IMG/VR virus record: IMGVR_UViG_3300045988_140636
From: a virus
Length of the DNA: 64,000 bases
Reading direction: 5' to 3' (one strand)
Shown in pieces: positions 8,635 to 18,974 of this stretch. Numbering within the stretch: position 1 is the stretch's first letter; the number at the start of each line of letters is the position of its first letter. The position numbers were made by a program, and so were the translations under genes. The notes below the pieces were generated by a model. The model was not told the origin of the DNA. It searched no databases and saw only the letters and a program-made list of their open reading frames with translations.

Positions 8635-9675
8635 ATGGCAAAAAATAAAGTAGAAGAAAATATAAATTACGAGACACCTGAATTTGAAATAGATGAAGAT
8701 TCTATCAGAGAAGTCTCTATGAGAGAGGTTTCAAAGTTGCATCACAATCTTGAAGGAGAGAGCAATGCTTCTGAAGTGTTGGAGAAATCTAACACTGTAA
8801 AGAATAATGCTCTAATTAATTGTTTGAGAAAAGAGAGAGTTATAGTAAGACATATACCAAAAGAAGGAGGAATGATCACAAACCCCAAACATGTGTTATA
8901 TGGAGGAATGGCTGAAAGTGCTAGCAGAACATTCGTAGTTCCTAGATTATCTTCTGGTATGTTTGTAAATGTTCTTACAGATGCTGAGAAAGCTTTTCTA
9001 GAGGAAATTATGGGGCTTGAATATAACTCATTAAGTATCTACAAGAAAGTCGATAATTTCTGGGATGACTCTAACGAAAATGGAATTTCAAAGGTAACAT
9101 TGAAGAAGCAAGATAATTATTTTGATTTATCTAACCCGGAGGATTATATAAGATATAAGATACTACTAGCCAATAAAGATTTTATCGCTTCTTCATTACA
9201 GGAATTACAGGACCATCCAAAAGCTACCTATCAGTTTGTTATTGTAACAGAAGGTGATGAGATTAAATCTGCTAGAGGAAATATGAGTAATACTATGAGA
9301 TGCTATAAGGAATTCGGTAAGGTAGAAAATGATATAGATACATTAAGAGTAATAATAGAATCTATAGACGGAAGACCTACATCTCCCACTGCTAAACTGG
9401 AATTTTTGCAAACGAAAATTAATAGTCTTATTCAAGCAGACAGCAAACTCTTTTTAAGAGTGATTACTGATCCCCTGCTTAGTACTAAGGTTCTTATAAA
9501 GAAAAGTATTGAAGCAGGCCTCATTTCAAGTAGAGGAAACTATTTATACTTGAAGAGTGATAATACTCCCCTATGTGAGATTAATGAGGAACCTACTCTG
9601 AATATAGCTGCTAGATTCCTTAATTCTCCTAAGCATCAGGAATTGAAATTTTCTTTAGAAGCAAAGTTAAAATAG
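8635..9675 (+). CDS. virion/structural-module protein (346 aa), function unknown
   Basis: ORF with aggagaagat Shine-Dalgarno-like spacing before ATG; part of + strand structural operon. Confidence 0.45.
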   Translation: MAKNKVEENINYETPEFEIDEDSIREVSMREVSKLHHNLEGESNASEVLEKSNTVKNNALINCLRKERVIVRHIPKEGGMITNPKHVLYGGMAESASRTFVVPRLSSGMFVNVLTDAEKAFLEEIMGLEYNSLSIYKKVDNFWDDSNENGISKVTLKKQDNYFDLSNPEDYIRYKILLANKDFIASSLQELQDHPKATYQFVIVTEGDEIKSARGNMSNTMRCYKEFGKVENDIDTLRVIIESIDGRPTSPTAKLEFLQTKINSLIQADSKLFLRVITDPLLSTKVLIKKSIEAGLISSRGNYLYLKSDNTPLCEINEEPTLNIAARFLNSPKHQELKFSLEAKLK

Positions 9676-9676
9676 T

Positions 9677-10345
9677 ATGAATAATAAAGAATTCTCTAAT
9701 GAGTTTGACATACTTTATAATAATCTAATGAGTAATAATGCAGCTCCATTGAATGAGTATGAGAAGAGTGTCTTACTTACTCAATCCCAAGAATCTATAG
9801 TGATAGATATATATAATGGGAGATTCAATGGGGAATCCTTTGAAAATACTGAAGAAGTTACAGAATATATAAGTAACTTAGTTAAAGAAGTTACTTTAAG
9901 TGATAAGATAGAGAATGAGGCTCATAAGAATTCTATATTCTTTCAACTACCGGAAGATCTATGGTTTATAACTTATGAATCTGTTAACTTAAGTGATGAA
10001 TCTCTAGGATGTGCAAACAATAAAGATGTAATCGTAGTTCCAGTATCTCAAGACAACTTTTATAATGTATCGAGGAACCCATTTAGGGGTCCCAATGATA
10101 GAAGGGTTTTGAGATTAACTATTGGAACTAAAGCAGAATTAGTTAGTAAATACAATATAAAATCCTACACTGTCAGGTATCTTTCTAGACCAGATCCTAT
10201 CATCTTAGAGGATCTGACAGGCTATGGGGTAAGTATAAATAATGAAACAAAAGTAACAGAGTGTAAACTAAATCCTGTAATCCATAGGGCTATACTTAAT
10301 AGAGCAGTTTCTCTTGCTAAGGCTATATGGTCATCAGGTGCATAA
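9677..10345 (+). CDS. structural-module protein (222 aa), function unknown
   Basis: ORF tightly packed (1-nt gap) after previous gene. Confidence 0.4.
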   Translation: MNNKEFSNEFDILYNNLMSNNAAPLNEYEKSVLLTQSQESIVIDIYNGRFNGESFENTEEVTEYISNLVKEVTLSDKIENEAHKNSIFFQLPEDLWFITYESVNLSDESLGCANNKDVIVVPVSQDNFYNVSRNPFRGPNDRRVLRLTIGTKAELVSKYNIKSYTVRYLSRPDPIILEDLTGYGVSINNETKVTECKLNPVIHRAILNRAVSLAKAIWSSGA

Positions 10346-10379
10346 ATAATCTATTGTATAATTTAATATATATATTAAA

Positions 10380-11651
10380 ATGGCGACATTTAGTACAAAT
10401 CAAGCAAGACAACTTTATGTAGCAGAAGCATTAAAACCCTCTAATGTTATTTCAACTGACGCAGTCGGCTCTATTGCAGTAAAATCTGACACAGCAAAAA
10501 ATCACCTGTATTTTGAATACATGGGAGCTGGAGGTATGCTAAGAAGTGACCTAATAGATATTAAAAATATCATGTATGCTAAAGCAACAGATGCTGATGA
10601 TCTGGCTCATGAATTAGCTAAATACAAGGTAACTTTAGATCCTACTGTGAATGGCGGATCTCCGGTGGCTGGTCAGGATTATATCCTTAGAATTGCCTTT
10701 AGAAACTATATTGGTATGTCTGAGGAAGATCAATACTTTAAATATGGCATAGTCCATGCAGTGTCAGGAATGACAGCAGGCAGTTTTTATCAAGAGCTTT
10801 ACAAGTCACTGAAAAAGAACTTCTCAAGAGAAACAGAACAGTTGTTGGACTTTAGCTTGGAAGGAACTGCAGCTAAAGTTACTATGACTACTAATACTGG
10901 TATTACAGTAACTGCAGTAGAAAATGGGGTAATAGGGAACTCTATTAAATTTGCTGTAGAATCTATTACTGCTACAAATGCAGGTTTCAGAGTAACACAA
11001 GAAGATGGATTTACCGTTATCAGGGCTTCCTTGACAGCTGCTAAGAAAACTATCAAAGATTTGAAGGATTTGGTTGCTGCTAATCCAGGTATAGCAGCTA
11101 TGATTTCTATAGCTGGTACAGATGGAACAGCAGTACAATTAGAGGCTACTCCTGTAGCTCTTACTGGTGGAGATGCAAGTGGCTTGATAGTAGAAGAGGT
11201 TCCTCAAGAATGGATACTTGGTACATTCCCTCAAGTCCCTGTAAATTTCACTCTTATGCCAGATACTATTGTAGTTAATAGTGATGATAGAATTTGGGGT
11301 TTGGTAGAGAAACAAGCTTCAACTAATAGTATTCCCGATGGACATAAAATTGCAGATCTTGAATACTTCTGTATGGGTGAGAGAGGAGATGTTTATAGAA
11401 TGGTGGGATTCCCTAACGTTATCAGAACCAAGTACTTGGTGAACCCCGATTTGAAATATAATACTATCGACATTCACTATGCCTATGTTGGTTCTAATGA
11501 GGCTGTTCAGAAATCAGAGAAGGATATTACAATCGTAGTTCCTAAGGTTGGAGATAATAATCAGACTAGTAATAAACTTACTAATGACATTATCACAGCT
11601 ATTAATACTGCTACTGGATTAACGATTACAGCACTTGATGTCTCTGAATAG
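10380..11651 (+). CDS. abundant virion protein candidate (423 aa, beta-rich, Thr/Val/Gly-rich; head-decoration/auxiliary capsid or tail protein)
   Basis: ORF followed by strong intrinsic terminator, consistent with high expression; composition typical of Ig-like/beta structural proteins. Confidence 0.4.
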   Translation: MATFSTNQARQLYVAEALKPSNVISTDAVGSIAVKSDTAKNHLYFEYMGAGGMLRSDLIDIKNIMYAKATDADDLAHELAKYKVTLDPTVNGGSPVAGQDYILRIAFRNYIGMSEEDQYFKYGIVHAVSGMTAGSFYQELYKSLKKNFSRETEQLLDFSLEGTAAKVTMTTNTGITVTAVENGVIGNSIKFAVESITATNAGFRVTQEDGFTVIRASLTAAKKTIKDLKDLVAANPGIAAMISIAGTDGTAVQLEATPVALTGGDASGLIVEEVPQEWILGTFPQVPVNFTLMPDTIVVNSDDRIWGLVEKQASTNSIPDGHKIADLEYFCMGERGDVYRMVGFPNVIRTKYLVNPDLKYNTIDIHYAYVGSNEAVQKSEKDITIVVPKVGDNNQTSNKLTNDIITAINTATGLTITALDVSE

Positions 11652-11668
11652 GGCTATTAAATAATTAA

Positions 11669-11697
11669 GGGAGACTAATGTCTCCCTATTTTTTTTT
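11669..11697 (+). terminator. rho-independent terminator (gggagac taat gtctccc + T-run)
   Basis: 7-bp stem and 11-nt T-run after stop at 11651. Confidence 0.65.
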
Positions 11698-11719
11698 ATT
11701 ACCTTTATAATAGAGTGCT

Positions 11720-12223
11720 ATGAAATTTAATGAATTATATGTTAATCCAGAAGGAACATTATTGGTAATAGAGGTTCAATGCACAGATACTGAGGGTATT
11801 TATCCTAAACAAGTGGTGATAGATAATCAAGATACTTATACTGAAGGGATGCCTAGTTCGTCTCCTATATATCAAAGCATTAATTCTGATCAGTCTAAAG
11901 TTTTTAGACTAGAGATTCCCAAAGAATCTTTGGATATATCTGATAACTTACTATTTGTGTACTGCAGAAGTGATAAAGATGACATAATTATGTGTCCTGT
12001 ATGTAACTTTTTTAGAATAAACCAAAGTTTCATGCCGTCTGTAAAAACTATTGGAACATCATGCTGTTGCCCTCCGAAAGTGTTTATAGATTATATCTTA
12101 AGATTTAAAGCTTTTGAACTATCTATCAAAGCAGGAAATTATCTTCAAGCTATACAATTTTGGAACAAATTCTTTAGGAATAAAGAATTAAAAAATTTAT
12201 TTGGTAATGGATGCTGTAAATAA
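11720..12223 (+). CDS. cysteine-rich hypothetical protein (167 aa)
   Basis: ORF; CPVC...CCCPPK cysteine cluster. Confidence 0.35.
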   Translation: MKFNELYVNPEGTLLVIEVQCTDTEGIYPKQVVIDNQDTYTEGMPSSSPIYQSINSDQSKVFRLEIPKESLDISDNLLFVYCRSDKDDIIMCPVCNFFRINQSFMPSVKTIGTSCCCPPKVFIDYILRFKAFELSIKAGNYLQAIQFWNKFFRNKELKNLFGNGCCK

Positions 12224-12485
12224 ATACTTGTCGAACTCATTGATTTCTTATTTTAATGCTTTGACAAAACTTGGATACATATCCTATGGAAAAGTAAATA
12301 GGTTAATAGCAGTGCTATTTATTACAGAAATGTTAGAGATAGGCTATAATAAAACTATAACTGAAGAAGATTATAGAGCTATTGGAGAAGCTTTAACCTG
12401 CTTATTTGGATCGAATTGTTTATTACCATATCCAGAGTTTATAAGAAATGTTACAGAAACTGTAAAATATAATCCATTTCTATAA
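12201..12485 (+). CDS. hypothetical protein (94 aa)
   Basis: ORF overlapping previous by 23 nt. Confidence 0.3.
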   Translation: MVMDAVNKYLSNSLISYFNALTKLGYISYGKVNRLIAVLFITEMLEIGYNKTITEEDYRAIGEALTCLFGSNCLLPYPEFIRNVTETVKYNPFL

Positions 12486-12522
12486 TAATTAATATAATAT
12501 TTATACTAGAAAAATGATAATA

Positions 12523-12554
12523 TCCTTGTTGCAAGAATAAATTTTACTTATCTT
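12523..12554 (+). promoter_or_regulatory. Bacteroidetes-type promoter candidate: CTTGTTGC - 16 nt - TATCTTTG, 31 nt upstream of ATG 12585
   Basis: Same bipartite motif and spacing as 3741-3772. Confidence 0.45.
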
Positions 12555-12584
12555 TGCAATAAGGATTTTTTATTATATACAAAT

Positions 12585-13316
12585 ATGAGTACATTTAGAG
12601 AGTTGACTTATTTAGTTTTGGATGAACTTAAACTACATTCTGATGATTCTACATTCACTGAAGACCATGTTATGATTCTTCTTGATAAATATAGGGCCTT
12701 TCTACTTAAGCAAAGATATTCAAGTGTTAAGAAACGAATGCCTTCCAGTAATTATCAGACTATATGCTTAGATTTAATTCAGGTTCCTGCTATATCCGGT
12801 GAACCTTGTGAGGGAGGAATCTATCTTAGAAGCAAAGATAAGATACCATTTCTTATGCAAATTGGGACACCTAAGGTTTATCCAGTTGATTATTACCAAG
12901 GTGACATAGCTTATGTTAGTAGAGATAGGATGAGATATGTAGGGTATAACAAATTTCTAAAGAACATTATTTATTGTTCCATCGGTCCTGACAACTATTT
13001 ATATTTTAAGTCTTGTAATCCGCAACATCTATACCTTGAGCATGTAAGACTTACTGGGATATTCTTTAATTCCATCAGAGCCTCTGACCTCCAGTGCCCT
13101 GATGAAGAAGGTAAAATCCCATGCGATATATTAGATAGAGAATTTCCTATAGAGGATTCCCTTATTTCCCCTCTTGTAGAGCTGACAGTTAAAGAGCTCT
13201 TGGGAGCTTCTTACAGACCAGCTGATCCTGATAACAATGCTAAGGACGATTTATCTGATATGGCTTCTTTTATAGCTAGGAATACAAAGAGTAATTTTCA
13301 AAAACAATTAGAATAA
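12585..13316 (+). CDS. structural-module protein (243 aa), function unknown
   Basis: ORF downstream of promoter candidate. Confidence 0.4.
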   Translation: MSTFRELTYLVLDELKLHSDDSTFTEDHVMILLDKYRAFLLKQRYSSVKKRMPSSNYQTICLDLIQVPAISGEPCEGGIYLRSKDKIPFLMQIGTPKVYPVDYYQGDIAYVSRDRMRYVGYNKFLKNIIYCSIGPDNYLYFKSCNPQHLYLEHVRLTGIFFNSIRASDLQCPDEEGKIPCDILDREFPIEDSLISPLVELTVKELLGASYRPADPDNNAKDDLSDMASFIARNTKSNFQKQLE

Positions 13317-13320
13317 TACT

Positions 13321-13872
13321 ATGGCTAATCCAGAAGAGGTAATAAGCTATGAAGAGTTTAGAGGTCTAGTTAATAAAGTAAAAGGAAGTAGACATCATAA
13401 AATAAAAAACTCATATGGAGTTTATGACGGATATAAATTTTACAGGAAGACTAAACCAAAAGAACCTAAATATATACTTACAGAATCTCAGTATTTTTCT
13501 ATTATTAGAAAAGTAAATAAATTGTTAGCTGATTTATTATCAAAAGGTGATGATATTACGTTACCATGTAGATTGGGAAAATTAGAGATAAGAAAATATA
13601 AAGCCAATATTGCTTTAGAAGGAAATAAAATCAAGACTAATCTCCCTATCGACTGGGATAGAACTCTTAAATTATGGTATGAAGATGAGGAATCCTATAA
13701 GAATAAAACACTTATTAAAGTGGAAGAAAAAGAAATATTTAAAATCTACTATAATAGAAATGTAGCTAATTTTACTAATAAATCTTTCTATACTTTTCAT
13801 CTAAATAGAAATATAAAGAAAGAACTAAAGCAAAATATAAAGGAGGGAATAGTAGATAGTTTTATGATATAA
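13321..13872 (+). CDS. hypothetical basic protein (183 aa)
   Basis: ORF, lysine-rich. Confidence 0.35.
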   Translation: MANPEEVISYEEFRGLVNKVKGSRHHKIKNSYGVYDGYKFYRKTKPKEPKYILTESQYFSIIRKVNKLLADLLSKGDDITLPCRLGKLEIRKYKANIALEGNKIKTNLPIDWDRTLKLWYEDEESYKNKTLIKVEEKEIFKIYYNRNVANFTNKSFYTFHLNRNIKKELKQNIKEGIVDSFMI

Positions 13873-13883
13873 ATTATTTAGAT

Positions 13884-14576
13884 ATGGCTGAACAATATTC
13901 AAGTATAAAATTAATTTTAGATAAAATACTCAGACATCCTCTTATGCAAGATATAACATTAGAGACAGCAGTTGACTACTGTGTAGATTTCATGAGGATT
14001 GTTGGAACACCTAGTATATTTGAAGAAAAAACAGAAATAATTAGGGTGAAAGAATATAGGGCTATTCTTCCTTGTGACTATTACCAAGTTATTCAAATAA
14101 GGAAAGTTGGAGGAGCAGCCTTCAGATATTCTACAGACTCATTCCATATGAGTGAATGTAAGCATGATTATAAAAGAGGTGTAAACGATTTAACCTATAA
14201 AATACAGGGCAATATTATATATACATCTATTGAAGACGGAGATATAGAGATATCCTATGAAGCTATAGCTACTGATGAAGATGGATACCCTCTTATTCCA
14301 GATAATAGTAGCTTTACTAGAGCACTTGAACTCTATATTAAGAAAAAACAGTTTACTGTACTATTTGATTTGGGGGAGATAAGTCCAGCTGTACTGCAAA
14401 ATGTACAACAAGAGTATGCTTGGGCTGTAGGAGATTGTGAATCTGAGTTCAATAGATTATCTATTGATAAAGCTGAATCCTTCTTTAACTCCTGGAGGAC
14501 TCTTATTATAAGGGATGGGGAGCATAGAACTGGCTTTAAAAACAATGGAAGTAAGGAAAGATTAAAACTATATTAA
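13884..14576 (+). CDS. structural-module protein (230 aa), function unknown
   Basis: ORF, 1-nt spacing to next gene. Confidence 0.4.
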   Translation: MAEQYSSIKLILDKILRHPLMQDITLETAVDYCVDFMRIVGTPSIFEEKTEIIRVKEYRAILPCDYYQVIQIRKVGGAAFRYSTDSFHMSECKHDYKRGVNDLTYKIQGNIIYTSIEDGDIEISYEAIATDEDGYPLIPDNSSFTRALELYIKKKQFTVLFDLGEISPAVLQNVQQEYAWAVGDCESEFNRLSIDKAESFFNSWRTLIIRDGEHRTGFKNNGSKERLKLY

Positions 14577-14577
14577 T

Positions 14578-17500
14578 ATGCAGCAGGGACAATCTATTTT
14601 CAAAATTAGAGGGATGCAGAGAGATTTAAGTGTTTCTGCATTTAACTCTCAATATTCTTATGAAAATAAGAATATTAGAATAATGTCTACGGATGATAAT
14701 ACTCTGCTAAGTATATCTAATGAGAAGGGGAATATATCCCATTATATTTATGGGATAGGGGATTCTATAAAAGGTATTCCAATTGGACAGTCCCTTCTTA
14801 ATGATGAATTAGTAATATTCTCATCTGGGCAGATAATTATCCGGATGATAAAAGATATAGACGCCTCATCTAGCATCATAAATGATTTGACAGTTTCTGA
14901 GAAGGATATTAAAGATATTGATCACAAAGATTTTGAAGATAAAATATATAAGATATGGCTAGATGGATTAAATGTAAGAGGAAAAATCTTATTCTCTGGT
15001 AATTTAAAATTTAACCCAAGGTATCCTATAGAAGCTATCTCATTATATGAAAATGAAAATTCAAAAAAGGTGTATTGGGTAGATGGTATAAATCAACCTA
15101 GGGTTATAAACATAGCCTCTGAAACAGAATGGAAGGATAACTCCTTTAATTTCGTGAAAGAGGTAATACCTCCTGATAGTGTTACTATAGATACAATAGA
15201 TGGGGGAGGACAATTCTCTAGTGGAGTAATACAGTATTGTCTAACATATGTTAGTGAATATTTACAAGAGAGCAATATAGTTTACACATCTCCTCTGTAT
15301 TTTACCTCTTCTGGAGGTAAAGGAGGTTCTCCAGAAGAGATATCTAATAATTCTTTTAGGATAAATATATACAATCCTGACACATCTTGGGACTATGTGA
15401 GAATCTACAGTATATTTAGGTCTTCTATTAATGCAACTGCTGAAGTTAAAAGAGTTGTAGACTTAAGCATAGGAACATCTACTGGTGGTAGTTTAACTTA
15501 TACAGATTCTGGGAATTATGGAGATATTGAAGATCCTACAAAGCTCTTATATGTTGGAGGAGTAGAGGCTGTATTTGGTACTATATCACATAAGGACGGT
15601 ACATTATTCCTTGGAGACATTAAGGTTAGTGATGATCACTTGTGGGTAGAAAATAATACAAAGGCTAATACAGTATTTGGCACAGAGAGAATTTTAGATA
15701 GGCTTCCACTCCAGCAAGGAGTTTATAGTTATGGGAATACCTTACCTAATCCAACAGAGAGAATATTTAAATATGGGGAAACTTATAGACTTGGAATACA
15801 ATTCCAAGATAAAGTAGGTAATTGGACTAATCCTATATTTATAACGGATATAGTAAATAATATTAAACCAACTGGCGGAAGAGAAATAAGTACTGGAAGT
15901 GGTACTGATAAACAGAATGTTGGATGCTTTTGCGGTATATTTGATAACCATAACATCCTAACTAAATATCTAAAGGAACATGGATATATTAGTGCTAGAC
16001 CTCTGGTGGTTTATCCCAAATTTTCAGAAAGAACTATCATAGCTCAAGGAATAGTGTGCCCTACTGTATTTAGAGTTTCTGACAGATACAATAATGCTCC
16101 TTATGCTCAGTCCTCTTGGATATTTAGACCATTTGGAATAGGAGAACAGGGTAATATGGGTACTGCCAATTTTAACAGCCGTGGTTATAGGGCTGAGTTT
16201 AGGCACTGTATGCATTTACCTCCAGTGAACTATAGAGAGTGTGAAATACAAAATGCAGGACTCGATAGTTTGAGTTCTGTTACTCCATTTATAACTTCTA
16301 ACCATTCTAATTGGGTCAATAATTACGGAGATGAGTTCTTTGTAGATCATTCAATTTTCACTTTTCATTCTCCAGATATTGAATTGGGGGACGAATTTAC
16401 AATGGATAATCTATATAACTATAGGATAAGAGTAGTAGGGATTGTTCCTATAAGTTCAAAATATGTTACCAGAACTTTGTCCACTTCTTCCCCCACTTTA
16501 ACTTATACATATACTGGAGGAAGCTCAACTGGATATGGAAGGCATATCGAAGGACAGGAAATTTCTTTAGATTCTAAATTGGATATAGCACAAGCATGGT
16601 ATAGTATTGGAGCTGATGTTTTGTGGATGGATTATGCTGTTAAAGGAAATAAGGTAGTAGCTAGGGAAGGAAATTACTCCTGGGGATATCTTACATACTT
16701 ATGGCATAGAAATGGATCTCTTAATAATGATAATAGTGGAGGATCTGCTAAGTTAAAATCCAAAACTGAAGCGATGCTGAGATTCTCCTATAATACTTAT
16801 TATCTAGATACTCCGGTGCTAGTACGAAGTAGTAAAGATTTTCCTGATATGTCTATATGGGATTCTAATGAGATATCTGCTATATATGTGGGGGATAAAA
16901 CATATTATGGTAATATAGACTCTATAATATCTCCGGTAAAGGGAGGAACAGGAAACTATAATTATCCGGTAATTGTAACTGGATCATCTAGTGATCGAGG
17001 TATACCAAGAGATATATATAGAGGTCATGCAAGAAAACCTGAATATACTAATCCAGGTTCTGGAGGCAGTGTTCCTGTGATGGATACTAGGTTAACTGGT
17101 GCTGTTAGCATGAAATATAAATCTCCCAAACACTTAGTCATAAATTTGGGAGATATATATACTGATAGCAATAGTCAAACGAATTATACTCAATGGATAC
17201 TTCCACAAATTAAATCTGAAAATGGTGACATTATAAATCTTCCTTATGGCGAAACCCAGTCTAGCCCTCCCTTCTGGACAAATATAAGTTCAGGAAATAC
17301 TATATTTAATTATAGAAGTATAGAAATACCAGATGATATAGGAGATTATTTCAGTCCTGGTTATAATACATCCGCTGGAGGAGGAGTTATGTATCTATGT
17401 GATATAATAAGAGACAATATAGATGAAACCACTCTATTTGGAGGAATGACTAAGAATGCTATGTTAGCTAATGAATGGCTTATAGCTGGAGAAGATGTAA

Positions 17501-18861
17501 CTCTACAGAACATATCTGAAAATGAAGGATTTTATGTGTATTGGAATTGGGGGGATACCTACTATCAAAGATACGACTGCTTAAAGACTTACCCATTTGA
17601 TTCAGAATCCCAAAATAATGTAGTAGATGTTTTATCTTTCATGTGTGAGACTAGGATAAATTTAGATGGGAGGTATGATGATAATAGGGGTACTAAAAAT
17701 CTACTCAATATTAACATAGACAACTTCAATAAGATAAATAAAGTATATTCTCAGGATAACAATTACTTTATCTATAGAATGACTGACTCTTCAACTGAAG
17801 TTAGAGAATTTCCCAATTCTATAACTTGGACAAAGACTAAGACTAATGGAGAACTAACTGATTCCTGGACTAATATAACTTTAGCTTCTGTTCTAGACTT
17901 GGATGGAGATAAAGGAAAAATAAGAGCCTTAAGAAGATTTAATAATGAGCTTATAGCTTTTCAAGACAGAGGAATAAGTAATATATTATATAATTCAAGG
18001 ACTCCATTATCCTCTACAGATGGTATTCCCATAGAGTTAGCGAATTCAGGAAAAGTAGATGGAAAGAGATATTTATCAGATAAAATAGGATGTACGAATA
18101 AATGGTCCATAAGAGAAACTCCTAATGGAATTTATTTTATAGATGATATATCAAAAGGTATATTCTTATTTAGTGGAGAAATAGCTAATTTATCTGATAA
18201 GTTAGGTTTCCACTCCTGGATAAATAGTAGATCCACAGATGTGAATATATGGAATCCAATAGACTTTGAAGGTTTTGTAACATACTATGACAAAGTAAAT
18301 GGAGATGTATTTTTCATCTCTAAAGAGGAATGTTTGGCATTCTCAGAACCTCTAGGTCAATTCTCTTCCTTTTATAGCTATGAAAATACTCCGTTTTTCT
18401 CTAATATAAGAGATAGAGGTCTTTTTATAAGACCTTCCTCTGAAGAATCTAACTATAAATTATGGCTCCATAATGAGGGGGATTATAACATGTACTTCGA
18501 TAAATATCAACCATTCTATATTACAGTGATAGTAAACGAGAACCCTATTCTAGATAAAATATTTACTAATATTGAATTTAGATCAGATTCATGGAAATCC
18601 GGGGAATTAATTAACTCAACTTTTGATACCTTAAATGTATGGAATGAATATCAGAAAGGAGTAACAAAACTATCTAATCTATCATCAATCCCCTCTTCTT
18701 TGAAAGAAAGATTTAGGATATGGAGGGCTAATATTCCAAGAGATTGTTTTAATCATAGAGATAGAATTAGGAATCCTTGGATATATCTTAAGCTCTCCAG
18801 AACAACAGAGAATACTAACAGAACTATACTCCATGATTTAATAGTTAAGTATCTATATTAG
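14578..18861 (+). CDS. large virion protein (1427 aa), tail fibre/spike-like by size and beta-rich composition
   Basis: Long uninterrupted ORF, Gly/Asn/Ser/Tyr-rich; terminator downstream. Confidence 0.45.
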   Translation: MQQGQSIFKIRGMQRDLSVSAFNSQYSYENKNIRIMSTDDNTLLSISNEKGNISHYIYGIGDSIKGIPIGQSLLNDELVIFSSGQIIIRMIKDIDASSSIINDLTVSEKDIKDIDHKDFEDKIYKIWLDGLNVRGKILFSGNLKFNPRYPIEAISLYENENSKKVYWVDGINQPRVINIASETEWKDNSFNFVKEVIPPDSVTIDTIDGGGQFSSGVIQYCLTYVSEYLQESNIVYTSPLYFTSSGGKGGSPEEISNNSFRINIYNPDTSWDYVRIYSIFRSSINATAEVKRVVDLSIGTSTGGSLTYTDSGNYGDIEDPTKLLYVGGVEAVFGTISHKDGTLFLGDIKVSDDHLWVENNTKANTVFGTERILDRLPLQQGVYSYGNTLPNPTERIFKYGETYRLGIQFQDKVGNWTNPIFITDIVNNIKPTGGREISTGSGTDKQNVGCFCGIFDNHNILTKYLKEHGYISARPLVVYPKFSERTIIAQGIVCPTVFRVSDRYNNAPYAQSSWIFRPFGIGEQGNMGTANFNSRGYRAEFRHCMHLPPVNYRECEIQNAGLDSLSSVTPFITSNHSNWVNNYGDEFFVDHSIFTFHSPDIELGDEFTMDNLYNYRIRVVGIVPISSKYVTRTLSTSSPTLTYTYTGGSSTGYGRHIEGQEISLDSKLDIAQAWYSIGADVLWMDYAVKGNKVVAREGNYSWGYLTYLWHRNGSLNNDNSGGSAKLKSKTEAMLRFSYNTYYLDTPVLVRSSKDFPDMSIWDSNEISAIYVGDKTYYGNIDSIISPVKGGTGNYNYPVIVTGSSSDRGIPRDIYRGHARKPEYTNPGSGGSVPVMDTRLTGAVSMKYKSPKHLVINLGDIYTDSNSQTNYTQWILPQIKSENGDIINLPYGETQSSPPFWTNISSGNTIFNYRSIEIPDDIGDYFSPGYNTSAGGGVMYLCDIIRDNIDETTLFGGMTKNAMLANEWLIAGEDVTLQNISENEGFYVYWNWGDTYYQRYDCLKTYPFDSESQNNVVDVLSFMCETRINLDGRYDDNRGTKNLLNINIDNFNKINKVYSQDNNYFIYRMTDSSTEVREFPNSITWTKTKTNGELTDSWTNITLASVLDLDGDKGKIRALRRFNNELIAFQDRGISNILYNSRTPLSSTDGIPIELANSGKVDGKRYLSDKIGCTNKWSIRETPNGIYFIDDISKGIFLFSGEIANLSDKLGFHSWINSRSTDVNIWNPIDFEGFVTYYDKVNGDVFFISKEECLAFSEPLGQFSSFYSYENTPFFSNIRDRGLFIRPSSEESNYKLWLHNEGDYNMYFDKYQPFYITVIVNENPILDKIFTNIEFRSDSWKSGELINSTFDTLNVWNEYQKGVTKLSNLSSIPSSLKERFRIWRANIPRDCFNHRDRIRNPWIYLKLSRTTENTNRTILHDLIVKYLY

Positions 18862-18872
18862 TTACAATCAAA

Positions 18873-18917
18873 GTAACAATGAGTAAAGAATTGTTTTATT
18901 CATTGTTACTTTTTTTG
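18873..18917 (+). terminator. rho-independent terminator (gtaacaatga ... tcattgttac + ttttttt)
   Basis: 10-bp inverted repeat with T-run, 12 nt after stop 18861. Confidence 0.55.
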
Positions 18918-18921
18918 TATA

Positions 18922-18956
18922 AATCTTGCATAAAATATAAGTTTGATTTATATTTG
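18922..18956 (+). promoter_or_regulatory. promoter candidate (TTTG ... TAtaTTTG at 18949-18956) preceding ATG 18975
   Basis: TAnnTTTG box 19 nt upstream of ATG; TTTG about 22 nt further upstream. Confidence 0.35.
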
Positions 18957-18974
18957 CAAATAAAATATTATTGT

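Noticed and set aside
8635-9675. ORF 8635-9675 as the third exon of the split structural gene
   Set aside because: The intron S element and P9 hairpins place the 3' splice site at 8433, the downstream exon runs only to 8582 and is followed by a terminator; 8635 has its own start and ribosome-binding-like spacing, so it is a separate gene.
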